A stretch of DNA of 64,000 nucleotides from Octopus vulgaris. Its lineage: Eukaryota. Shown piece after piece: positions 1 through 12,931 of the stretch. The position numbers were made by a program, and so were the translations under genes. Numbering within the stretch: position 1 is the stretch's first letter; every line of letters begins with the position of its first letter. The notes beneath the pieces were generated by a model. It searched no databases, was not told where the DNA came from, and saw only the letters and a list, made by a program, of their open reading frames with translations. The stretch is from contig OX597815.1 of assembly GCA_951406725.2 (NCBI GenBank), forward strand, positions 49,352,001-49,416,000, written 5' to 3'.

Positions 1-34
1 ATATATATATACATACATATATATGTGTGTGTGG

Positions 35-82
<48 letters not shown>

Positions 83-597
83 GTATATACATAAACACTA
101 AATGATAAATAAAAGAGACAAATGAAAGCAGTGAAGAATTAATTCAGATAGAAAGGAATATACAATACTTGGTCAACTAAGTGCCATATATAATATCATT
201 TGCTAACAGGACCACTGCTCGGTTCGCCTTGGAATTCAATTATAGTGAAAAATCAACAAGCGATGAGAGTGAATTTAATTTGCTTTGTTGCCATACTATA
301 TTACGTACTGTTGGCGGGGGGTGTAATTAAATGAAGCGAACGCTGATGAAAGCTTGCAGTCTCGTCTGAAAGCGACCAAAGCATCTAAGTATGCAATTAA
401 TTAACAAAATAATGTCCAATGTTGTCGAGTCACATCAGGTAGAAAGTATATCATTCGCTTGCATTTGATTATAGCTGACAGAAGCGTAACTGTCAGATAT
501 AATCAAATGCTTCACGGATAACGATTATCTCATTTTAAAGACTGGAATATAAACATGCTAATATGTGTATGAATATATATCTATCTATCTATCTATC

Positions 598-637
<40 letters not shown>

Positions 638-881
638 CTTTGTGCATTTATATGTATATGATATGTATGCAGGATATGTATGCATATCCATATGTCTGCA
701 GGTGTCTAAGGGTGTGTGTGTATAAATATATATATGTATGTGTATATATATATGTAGATAGATAGATATAGATATATACATATAAATATTTAAATATATA
801 TAAATACATTTGTACATATATATATAAATATTAACAAATATATACTTCTATTCACATTATGTATAATATGTGTATATATAT

Positions 882-912
<31 letters not shown>

Positions 913-1288
913 GTATGTATGTATGTACATATGCACATTTATGGAAACAGTTTTGTGTATATCTCAATAAATGCGTAAAAAACATAAACAAATAAACATG
1001 ACAACTACAATATCAACATGAGCAATACATATGTACAAGGGGCCGTATGCAGCAAAACGACACATTAACTACAGAGAAAGGTGTACTCATATGATTGATT
1101 AACAAAGAAGTAAATGATGGACAAAAACAATAAATAAAACACAAACAAATGAATAAATTATTGCATTGCCATTTTATAAATCACTTTCCTTTTATTTTAA
1201 ATGAGGTTCTTTATGTCTTTTATTTCATTTTGTATTTCATTTTATTCATGAAATATGGCAAATATTTCTAGGAATCTAATAGGATGAA

Positions 1289-1329
<41 letters not shown>

Positions 1330-2019
1330 TGTATATATATACATATATATACATATATATGTATATGTATACACAGACACACACAACTATATACACATAT
1401 ATATTGATCTGTACATTTCATGTATTACTGTTTTCTCTCTCTCTGTATATATATATATATATATAATTCATACATACATATATACGCACATATATATATA
1501 TATATATATAGGCACATGGCCTAGTGCTTAGGGTGATGCACTCACAATCACTAGACTACAGGTTCAATTCCCTGACCAAGCAGCATGTTGTGTTCTTGAG
1601 CAACACTCTTCATTTCATATTGCTTTGATATGTAATGGAGTGCCAGAATTGTTAATGAATCGGCAGAAATGCTTTGCAGTATATCTTCTGGCTCTCTATA
1701 TTCTGAGCTCAAATCCTATCTGCTTGGAGATGTCAATGGGAAACCACTATAGCACTCATCCCAAGTCTAGTCATGGATGGTTGTAGTTCCAATAATCTGA
1801 TATAGAGGGTGCTGGTGAAAGTCAGCATGCACAGGACCTGCCCCAGAGCAGACCACCACAAGACTAGGTTGGACTAAACAGAATAGGAGGGAACACATGG
1901 GATGTGTGACAAAAGATGTGTGACAAAAGATGTGTGACAAAAGATTTCCAGAAAACGTATAAAATAAGAACCATAATGCACAAGTGAAGAATGAACATAT
2001 AGCACATGTGAATATTTAT

Positions 2020-2245
2020 TCTTTTACTCTTTTACTTGTTTCAGTCATTTGACTGTGGCCATGCTGGAGCACCACCTTTAGTTGAGCAAATCGACCCCAG
2101 GACTTATTCTTTGTAAGCCTAGTACTTATACTATCGGTCTCTGTTGCGGAACTGCTAAGTGACGGGGACGTAAACACACCAGCATTGGTTGTCAAGCAAT
2201 GCTGAGGGAACAAACACAGACACACAACCATACATACACAGACAG

Positions 2246-2310
<65 letters not shown>

Positions 2311-2595
2311 CAAAATGGGACAAGAACGCAAAACACTCAAATAGACGACACAAAAACGGACGGGTCATTCAAAGCCTCTAATCTTCAGTCAAGAACCGGA
2401 TTATCCTCGCAATTTCAGCTGATTAATCTTGAGATCATATATGACACACTTCTTTCAGTTTCTGTCTACCAAATCCACTCACAAGGCTTTGGTCGGCCTG
2501 AGACTATAGTAGAAGCCATAAGATGCCATACAGTGGGACTGAACCAGGAACCATATGGTTGGTAAGCAAGCTACTTACCACACAACCTCTCCTGT
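2020..2595 (-). mobile_element. tRNA-derived SINE family A with internal microsatellite and nested insert (2303-2437)
   Basis: Matches 56853-57267 in reverse: pol III A/B-box-like head and (TAAAAGAG)n tail. Confidence 0.85.
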
Positions 2596-2855
2596 ATATA
2601 TATATATAGATAGATATAGATTTATATTCAAGTATTTATCTATCTGTCTTTTTATCTATCTATCTATGTATCAAAGCTTTGGTCAGCCCGAGGCTATAGT
2701 AGAAGCCAAAGGTGCCATGCTGTGGGACTGAATCAGGAAACCATATTGTTGGTAATCAAGCTATTACCACACAACCTCTCCTGTATATATATATAGCTAG
2801 ATATACATATACATATACATATATATATATATATATATACATATGTTTATATATA

Positions 2856-2934
<79 letters not shown>

Positions 2935-3317
2935 GTATGTATATAAAAATATATATATATATTTATGTATGTATGTATGTATGTATGTATGCATATATAT
3001 TCTATTTGGTTTCGTGTTCAGTCCCACTACATAGAGAGAGTGAGAGTGTGTGTGTGTGTCTGTCTGTGTGTGTTTTGTGTTCCTCACATGTTAATTACTG
3101 GTGCTGGTTTGATCATAAATGATTGAAAGAATAAGTGCCAGCTTCACAAATCAGTACAAAGGCTGATTAACTAAATCTCTCATGATGACATCCAATCATG
3201 ACAGTAGTGCAATAACTGAAACATGTCGTTAAGAAGTTCACTTAGCAACCAGACTGTTATTAATTTGACTGGAAATTGTTAGACGGAAACTGTCTGAAGC
3301 TCATTACATATATATAT

Positions 3318-3677
3318 TTCTTTTACCTTTTATTTTTTGTTTCAGACACTGCACTGCAGTCATGCTGGAGCACTGCCATAAAGGGTAAGCTTAGTACTTA
3401 TTCTATTGGTCTCTTTTGCCAAACTGCTAAGTAATGAGGACATAAACACACTAACATCAGTTGTCAAGTAGTGGTGGGGGACAACCACGGACACAAAGAC
3501 ATATGCACATAGCTATAAACATATATATACGATGGGCTTCTCTCAGTTTCTGTCTACCAAATCCACTCACAAAGTTTTGGTCAGCAGGAGGCTATAGGAG
3601 AAGACACTTGTTCAAAGTGCCATGCAGTGAGACTGCCTGGTAAGAAGCAAGCTTCTTACCAGGCAGCCATGCTCATG

Positions 3678-3680
<3 letters not shown>
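3318..3680 (-). mobile_element. SINE family A
   Basis: Same body and head motifs (CATGCTGGAGCAC, TCTACCAAATCCACTCACAA). Confidence 0.8.
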
Positions 3681-3721
<41 letters not shown>

Positions 3722-6141
3722 CATGAGCATGGCTGCCTGGTAAGAAGCTTGTATATATATATACATACTTTTGAGTGTTGGGTCTCATGGAGGCAAGGAC
3801 TGAGATCATTTGACATTAATACATGCATGCACATGTATATATACACACACATGCACACATGTACATACACATATTTATTCATACATATATACATGCATAC
3901 ATCTTGTGTCATGTCTTCGTCTGGAGAAATGATTAGAAAAGATTGAAAATAAGTCACATCAAACCAACTAAAACCACAGTTGTGCCAGATATCGGTGTCA
4001 TGCAAATGATATATGTATATAGCATGCAAAATAATTTGGTGGGGGTGGGAGGTTGTATAATCATATGAATCCCTGTCTGTAGATCACAAATTCACTAAAC
4101 TTTTCTGAAAATTCCAAAAGATATAAAAGTTATGAGGGGTTTTAACCAGAATTCCACCAGCTTTTTGACTTACCCTGGTTTCATTGACTGAAATTTTGAC
4201 CAACAAGCCAACCACCTAATGATGAAAATTACTGAAAGAGGCAAAATATTCATGCTTCTCCCAGGGAGTATCATCTAATGTTGTCCTAGACACACTAAAG
4301 ACATAATAATCATGACTGAGATTCACTCTGCAACTGCAAAGTTCTGAGTTCATTTCCATTGAATGACAGTTGATCTGCAGCCTCAAATCAACTCAAGTCT
4401 AGTAAAATAAAGAGAATAGATAAAAACTATACAAAAGGCTGTCAAGGTGAGCTTACCTGTTATTTAAAGGGTTGGCCTTGCTGTATAGAGTTACAAGTAT
4501 TTGGTCTGAACATTATGTGTTTTTACAAAGTACTCAGTTCCTTACAATGGAGATGGGTGGGGAACAGTTCAGTTAGTTAAACAACTGGAATGAGCATTGT
4601 TGAAATGAATGGAAATCTGTTTTTGTTGGGTGCAACTGTTTGTATATGTGAGTACATTAGCATGTGTTTCAGAGCCTGGATCGTCTAGCAGGCTTTAGGT
4701 TCAAATGAAAATGGGGTATGACACGTTTAACAGCAATGGGCAATGACATGGCAGCAGAAGTGTTTTGGAATATAATTATGGAGACTTGGAACATTGTCCA
4801 TTTGACGGGTTGCAAGAGACGGGGTTGAAGTTTAAAAGGGCTGTTGATGTTCGATGGTGGATTGGAAAAGGCTTAAAGTGATGCACTATTATCATAGCAT
4901 CTGCAAGGGAAGAGCTAGAATGGAGGGAAGGAAAATAGCAAGAGATGAAGCAGATAGTGAGTGTGAATGATTTCTTAATGTGGGACAGTGGCAGAATTGA
5001 ATTCTCTGCTTTGCCTCCTCCTCCTCACTCCCTCCTCCTCCTCCTTTCTTCGTCTCTCTCTTCCTTAGTGAACTCAGAGAACTTATATTTTACGCGTGTG
5101 TCTGTTTCCATAATTGATTTCCCCATTATCTGTTTATGGTGGGTGTAATGACATTTTGTTACATGAAAAACTGTTTCCAATCTTTTCTAACCATTTCTCC
5201 AGACGAAGACATGACACAACAAGATGTATGTATATTTATATGTATGAATAAATATGTGTATGTACATGTGTGCGTGTATACATGTGCATGGATGTATTAA
5301 TGATTATGAATGTGTCTATGCATATATGTACGATGTGTACATGTATGCATGTATGTATATACATATGTGTGCATCCATGCTTGCAATCATGTATATATGC
5401 ATGCATGTGTGTATGTATGTATGTATGTATGTGTGCAAGTGTGCATGTGTGTATGTATGCATGTGTGTGCATGTATTAATGATTATGGGTGTATCTATAT
5501 GTATGTATGTGAATATGGTGGTGCTGCCTCAGGATGGTCATAGTCCTATGACTGAAATGAGTAAATGAGTAAAATAATGTATGTAATCACTTTTGTATGG
5601 GTATATGTTTGCGTGTATGCATGTAGGAGTGCAAATTCAATGTGCATATGTGCATGTGTATGAATATGTGCATATCTAATATATGTATGGGTATGCACAT
5701 GCATGTGTATGCATATATGTGCGTATTCATGTGTATTCACGTTATCTGTGAGCATGTGTATGTGCATGCATGTATGTGCATATGTGTGCATAAGCACATG
5801 TATGCAGGTGCATAGGCATGTGTATGTGTGCATGTGTGTGTCTTAGCACTGAACTTAACTGTTCGTTTGTTATTATGTCATTGACAATGAAAAATATTTC
5901 CTTCAACATCAGTCACATGTCTTGTCATACAGAGATAGAGAGGCAGAGAGGAAGAGAGGAAGAAAGAGACAAGGAAGAAGGAAGGAAGAAAGAGAGAGGA
6001 AGAGGAAGGGAGAGATGACAACAGCAGCAGCAAGGCTATCAGATAGATAATTAGCTATCAAGTTAAATTATCTGTGAATATAATAAATAATAGAAGATGA
6101 CAACATGTGATATAACAACCATATTCAAGATATGATATAGC

Positions 6142-6180
<39 letters not shown>

Positions 6181-6693
6181 CATAAAACAGAGTTATTATA
6201 ATATGATTATCAATCTGGGCAAATACTTTATTAGCTCTCTGTTAGTACACCAGACTAACAGTATTATCTATATTAGTAAAGAACTATGCACATTCTTATG
6301 GCAGGGTACAGGGTTATAGCTCATCACCATTCTATATTGTATATCCATAGCTGTGCTCCAGTTATACTGGTTTTTACACAGAGTGATATACAGGAACAAG
6401 GCATAAATAATGGTCGTTACATATTTTTCTTTATTGTATATATAATGAGCATTATTTATGCCTTGTCTCATTTATATATATATAGAACATAAATGAGTGA
6501 ACAAAGATTTAGAGGTGTCATTCCTTACAGCTGTTTCGAGTGGTTCCTTTAATTGATTAATGACAACATTACATCAATTTGAAAGAAACCATGACTGCAG
6601 AGACTTCAAACATAAGGATATAACCATTTTTAAAAACATATTTACATTAGTAATGGAACTTGAAATATTTACATTATTTCTGTTGTTATATCT

Positions 6694-6760
<67 letters not shown>

Positions 6761-6858
6761 ATAAGTTCGTTATTTAAATACCAATCTTATCAGGTGGCCA
6801 GCATGTAAGTATTCATATGTTGTATGTATGTATTTGTATTTATGTCCTATCTGAGTAT

Positions 6859-6917
6859 ATTCCACTGATGGAGGCAGAGCATTTCTTATGCAGAGTCAGA
6901 AATCCAGGATCTGGAAT
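6859..6917 (+). ncRNA. Degenerate type I hammerhead (A9G)
   Basis: ATTCCA-CTGATGG-aggc...gtca-GAAA-TCCAGGA-TC-TGGAAT, with a 6-bp perfect stem I and a quasi-palindromic stem III. Confidence 0.55.
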
Positions 6918-7097
6918 TATCCAGTAATTTTTTTGCTAGATAATTTTGACTCTTTGTCTTCTCTCCTGGTGCTGTATGAATATTTAATGTGGCTTCAGAG
7001 TCAAGTTTTGGCTGCTATCTCTTAAATACCCTAAATTATAATTTTATATATATGTGGGGCAATTTAAGCATCTAATTCAACTGAATCTTGATTATAT

Positions 7098-7130
<33 letters not shown>

Positions 7131-7348
7131 TTCAAATTTACAGAAAATAAATGATGGAGACAGGTGTAGGAACAACAAACAGGTGTATCAGTTTAACACT
7201 CAGGAAGAATGGCAAAATCTTTTATGTTTCAAGCCTATGCTCTTTGACAGAAAGGATTAAGAGGCAAAAAATAGGGGAGAGAATGAAAATAATGGAAAGC
7301 GAAAAAAACATGTCAGGATTTAACATGATGAAACAGCCTATGATGATA

Positions 7349-7440
<92 letters not shown>

Positions 7441-7794
7441 TTTTGATGTTCCCTTTTACCAGCATGCATGGGTCAGACAGAAATTGTTGAGGCAGATTCT
7501 CTTTGTTAGAAACCCTCCCTTGTTTCCAAGCAAAGTAATATTTACTCATGGCCTGACATGTATACATAGAAGATTAGAAACGAACTTCCCTTGAATGGTT
7601 GTGAAACTTGCTTACAGTTGTCATGTAATGTCAAGACAAGGAAACACAAACACACACATATGCACCTGTCTGTCCATCCACCCGTGATACAGCCATCCAT
7701 CCATACATGCACACATGCGTACATGCATACATTTGTACATGCATACATACATACGTCCATACATACACACACAATGCACACACATTTTCTCTGT

Positions 7795-7940
7795 AAACTG
7801 CTTGGTGTTAGGAAGGGCATCCAGGTGTAGAAGCCATGCCAAAGCAAGCAGCTGCAATTAGTGCAGTCTTCTGATTCGCCACTTCCTGTGTAATCACCTG
7901 ATCCATGCCTTCATGGAAAATGTACGTTAAATGATGATGA
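7795..7940 (+). mobile_element. RTE 3'-end remnant with (ATG)n tail
   Basis: GTTAGGAAGGGCATCCAG.TGTAGAA...CATGGAAAATGTACGTTAAATGATGATG, a reverse-complement match to 17980-18130. Confidence 0.75.
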
Positions 7941-8014
7941 TAATGATGATTATGATTATGATGACGATGATGAAGGCGGTGGTGGTGGTGGTGGTGGTGG
8001 TGGTGGTGGTGGTT

Positions 8015-8082
<68 letters not shown>

Positions 8083-8290
8083 GGTGGTGGTGGTGGTGGT
8101 GGTGGTGATTTAAAAGTAATGTTTACTCAAATCCATGAGGAGTGTTATGTATTTTGATAACGCATAATACTCCTGATGAGGTGGGTAAATATTGCTTTTA
8201 AATTAATCCATCATCTAGTTGTTTGCAACTTGCTGCCATTTTTCTAATAAATAAGTTGCATCATGTATAATTACTCCTTATAAATTCTAG

Positions 8291-8503
8291 GTCATACACA
8301 GATTCCGACTATGAGATTGCAATCTACTGGAGAACTGAAAGCTTGGAATCGTACATTGTTTTTACCAGAAAAATCTGTATTTGGCATTCAGCACTTCCTG
8401 GAGATTTTTGACATTATCAGGACTCTTAATTGCAATATGATATTTTGGTATCAACAAAATAGTGAGTTAAGTACGGATGGTATGATAACTGTGGATTATC
8501 TCA
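8291..8503 (+). CDS. Candidate internal coding exon of an unidentified host gene (phase 1-1, 213 nt)
   Basis: Acceptor ATTCTAG|G and donor CTCA|GTGAGT, with one frame open throughout: HTQIPTMRLQSTGELKAWNRTLFLPEKSVFGIQHFLEIFDIIRTLNCNMIFWYQQNSELSTDGMITVDYL. The sequence is complex and non-repetitive. No protein family was recognised. Confidence 0.5.
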
Positions 8504-8787
8504 GTGAGTATTAAAATCAGAATGGCTTCAGGACAGTTCTCTGAGGCTCACAGATCAAAAAGTGTTTACATGTTTAAAAGGGTGCCAATGAGTGCACTAA
8601 TCATGTGTGTGTATGTGTATATTTGTGTGTATTATGTGTATATCTATGCGCACATGTGTGTATTATGTGTGTGTATATATATATATATATGTATATATCA
8701 TACCAGCATGGAACGTAGCTGTTAAATGATGATGCTGATGAGCATACACACACACATATATATATATACACGCACACACACACACAC

Positions 8788-8840
<53 letters not shown>

Positions 8841-9461
8841 CACACACATACATTACTTCCTTTCTCATATAACAAAAATACTAGAACAGATGCACATCTG
8901 AGATAAGAGGACCAATTTTATTTTGATACAAAAATCTGATATCATTTCTTGGTTCTGTTCCTCACTGGCCGAATATTTAAGAATATATGTTAATCTACTT
9001 CCCCAAAGTAATACATACTTCAGTTAATTATTAAATGAAAATATAGTTTGTGAAGTAAGTGAAACAAGGTAAATGCAATCAAATATCTTGCATGGCTGTC
9101 GTTATGTGAGGAATTACTCATTGTAAAGGACTCTCACTATTATTAGGTGTGGGAGAATTATAGCTTTGGTGTGAATACGTATTATACAGACACACACACA
9201 TATATTGTATGTGTATGCATGTGTTTGTGTGTGTGTGTGTGGAGTGGGATGTCTGTCAGTCTGCGGGTTATAGCTAGGAATATTGCAGAATTTTCTCAGG
9301 AGCATAGAGTTTCCTATGGTAATAACAAAAATTGGATATAACTCAAATTTAAGGGAGAAAGATGTTCCAACCTATGTATGTATGTATGTATGTATGTATG
9401 TATCTATCTATCTATCTATATATATATGTATGTATGTATATATCTATCTATCTATCTATCT

Positions 9462-9525
<64 letters not shown>

Positions 9526-9755
9526 CTTTTACTCTTTTACACTTTTACTTTTTTCAGTCATTTGATTGCAGCCATGCTGGAGTACTGCCTTTAGTTGAGT
9601 AAATAAACCCAAGGACTTATTCTTTGTAAGCCTAGTACTTATTCTATCAGTCTCTGCTAAGTTACGGGGACATAATCACACTAGCATCAGTTGTCAAGCG
9701 ATGTGGGGGAGACAAACACAGACACACAAACATATACACACACATACACACACAC

Positions 9756-9803
<48 letters not shown>

Positions 9804-9970
9804 CTACGACAGGCTTCTTTCAGTTTCCGTTTACCAAATCCACTCAAAAAGATTTGGTCAGCCCGAGGTTATAGTAGAAGACACTTGCCCAAGGTGCCAT
9901 GCAGTGGGACTGAACCCAGAACCATGTGGTTGGTAAGCAAACTACTTACCACACAGCCACTCCTGCACCT
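9526..9970 (-). mobile_element. SINE family A, full length
   Basis: Head AGGTGCAGGAGTGGCTGTGTGGTAAG..GGTTCAGTCCC, internal (TA)/(CA)n, and tail. Confidence 0.9.
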
Positions 9971-10487
9971 ATAAACGTAAAGATAGACGATATATATACC
10001 ATTAAACATCTTGCCCAGCTCACTAATGTTTCTGCCAGCTCACCGCCCCTCTCTCTCTATATATATATAGAGAGAGAGATAACAAATCCATATATAACTA
10101 TATATGTGTGTGTGTGTATGTGTGTGTTTATGTGTGTGGATTGAAGCCTCTTTAGGCTTCTTTATGTATGTGTGTGAAGAGACAGAGAGAGAGACAGACA
10201 GAAAGACCGAGAGTTGAAAAGTTGTATGGTAAAGAAGTTCACTTCATAAGTAAATGGTTTCTGGTTCAGTCCCATTGCATGGCACCTTGGCCAAATGTCT
10301 CCTACTATAGCTCAAACTGACTGCTATCTTTTAAGTGAAGTTTGGTCAACAGAAACTGAATTGAAGCTTGTCATATGTATGCATGAATACGGACATGAAT
10401 ACATACATAGATGCATGCATACATTCATACATACATACATACATACATACATACATACATACATACATACATACATACATACATACA

Positions 10488-10875
10488 TACAGATTGCAAG
10501 TTCAGGTTTAGACCTGTAATTATTGGGATCATAAGATATGTAATACACTGCCTAAATACCAATATTGAGAAATTAGGCTTCTCAAAACCAGAAAGGAGAA
10601 AGCTAATTCAAAGACTACACATCCAATCCATCACTGGAACTATAAAAGTCTGTAAAACTTTCCAGAAGTTTAAATCATTTAAATATATATGTAACTATAT
10701 GCATGAGAGTACATATATAAAACATACAAATTTTCATATACATACATACATACATACAAAAAAATAATACCCCGTTGTTGATGCTGAAATTCCAATAAAG
10801 GAACCTTGGATCTAGATTAGAAATCGGTTCTTTCTCTATTGCCAAGAAATCTTGAAATTAACTGAATAATGACAT
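10488..10875 (+). mobile_element. 3' end of an R4/Dong-like non-LTR retrotransposon (restriction-like endonuclease C-terminus plus 3' UTR)
   Basis: [57 protein letters not shown] resembles the 'PIVIGALG...L..LG...LQ......I' tail of RLE-type elements. It is flanked by (ATAC)n on both sides. Confidence 0.7.
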
Positions 10876-11359
10876 ACATACATATATGTGTGTATATGTT
10901 TATTTGTTTCTTTGTCTCAATTGAACTGAGCAAGAGTTTCCTTAAAAACAAAGTGGGATGAAGATAGAAATGACACATATCATTAGGTTATACAGAGACA
11001 CAGGACAATTTGGAACCCCAATGTTATATGCAAATATGTAGCTTAAATTTCCCTTCAATTCAATAGCCATACCAACCAAGGATTTCCACAGGTAAACAAG
11101 GTAGAAGTGCTAAGATTTCTTAAAAGTACACAAAATTTCATCCAACAATGAATTCTCTCACAGTCTTTCAGAGGTAGAAAAAGAAGAAGAAAAGTATACC
11201 GAACTTGAAGAAGCCTTTTTTTACAGTATTTGGTTTGCTAGAAACAACAGTCAAATCACCCCCTAATTGTACAAAACCATAAAGAAAATGAAATAATGCA
11301 TTTCTCAGTGTGGATTTAGATATGCAAAACATTAAATATCATATTTGATGGCATATAAG

Positions 11360-11600
11360 ATTCTTTTATTCTTTTACTTGTTTCAGTCATTTGACTGTGG
11401 TCATGCTGGAGCACCACCTTAAAGGGTGTTAGTTGAAGAAATCAGTCCCAGGATTTATTCTTTGTAAGCCTAGTACTTATTCTGTCGGTCTCTTCTGCCA
11501 AACCACTAAGTTACGGGGACATAAATACACCAGCATAAATACACCAGTTGTCAAGCGATGGTGGAGGTGGGGACAAACACACACACAAATACATGCATAA

Positions 11601-11638
<38 letters not shown>

Positions 11639-11725
11639 GCTTCTTCTGATTTCTGTTTAGTAAATCCACTCACATGGCTTTGGTCAGCCTGAGGCTATAG
11701 GAGAAGATATTTGCTGTAGGTGTCA
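11360..11725 (-). mobile_element. SINE family A, 5'-truncated
   Basis: Body and tail match the other copies. Confidence 0.85.
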
Positions 11726-11789
11726 CAATGAATCACCTTGGGTTTTATGAGTGAAGTTGGGCCTGTATGTTATAATATCCTAAAACACA

Positions 11790-12160
11790 ACCCCCCACCC
11801 CAAATTTGGAATCCAAGCTGGATAGAACTTACACCCAAATATTTAGACCATACCTTGGAGAACTCATCTCACCAAGAAACAACTGTGTGGAGATCTCCTG
11901 CCTGCTTCTACTACTATAAGAGAAAGGTGTTTGCACATTGTGGGACATTGCTGAGAAACTAAACAAGAGCTAGCAAGTGGCCTACTGCTATGGATGCCAA
12001 AGCATAGCCATACTAAAGCAGGTTATTCGAACACAGTGTATGTAAAACAACTCACCAAAAACACTGGATGCTTCCTTGAAGATCTCTCTCAAGTAACGCA
12101 GGACCAAGATGGATGGCATGCACAGATTAAAAACATCCAAGCAAGCTTGACCAGATGATG
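11790..12160 (+). pseudogene. C-terminal fragment of a second RTE-like LINE family
   Basis: Manual translation PWRTHLTKKQLCGDLLPASTTIRERCLHIVGHC*ETKQELASGLLLWMPKHSHTKAG...QLTKNTGCFLEDLSQVTQDQDGW matches the RTE ORF2 tail pattern (W...RRL..GH..R...G.R..GRP...W). Confidence 0.7.
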
Positions 12161-12931
12161 AATGCACTAAAAATGTTTTTTCGTGATATTGAGATGCGTA
12201 TAATATGTTTGTGCTTCTTTTATGCCATCAAATATGGTAGTCACAGCCTGAAAACTTTGAGTCAGGATTGACCTGAAGTTAAACTACAAATTAGCTACAG
12301 TGCTTTATGGAATAAAACTCCATGGAATAAATAAGACCGAAATGATAGTGTCAGCTGCCAAAAATATCACATGACAATTGAGTTAAAATATAATATTACA
12401 ACAAACTATCATTAAAAGGGCTTCGGTTATTTAATTCCATGCCTTTAGAAATCAGGAATGTGATGTTGGCTTTTGTTGAAGATTTTTATGTATCACCTGG
12501 ATAATGTTTGCTTTCACACTCAAGAGCTGTCATCCTCAGTAGTTTATAATCAGCATAGTAGAACAGCATCCGGTAACTTACTGATTCATCAACAACAAAC
12601 ACATACAAATACATTACACATACATGCGCAGATATATACATACCCCCTCACCCATATATATATATATATATATGAAAAATAAAATATTGTAATACAAATG
12701 TATTACTTTCCAGTTAAATAAAGCACCATAAAGGTAGAAGTATAAATATAGAGTAGTGGTACAACAAGGCACCAATGTTTACTGGTAATAGCAGTCAATA
12801 CATTTACAACACTATAGTAAAGCTTGAATGTATATATACTGGCAAAGATGTGTGCGGGCAGCAAACATGAAAAATTTTGTCTTACGTCTAGGATGAACAT
12901 TAGGTAAATGGACAACCCAGAATCAGATAAA

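Noticed and set aside
340-500. CTGATGA...GAAA hammerhead-like motif
   Set aside because: No consistent stem I, II and III could be built.
8131-8186. ATGA-stem-TGAT hairpin resembling a SECIS element or hammerhead
   Set aside because: There is no apical AA at the right position, the quartet register is off, there is no GAAA, and it lies upstream of a candidate exon rather than in a 3' UTR.
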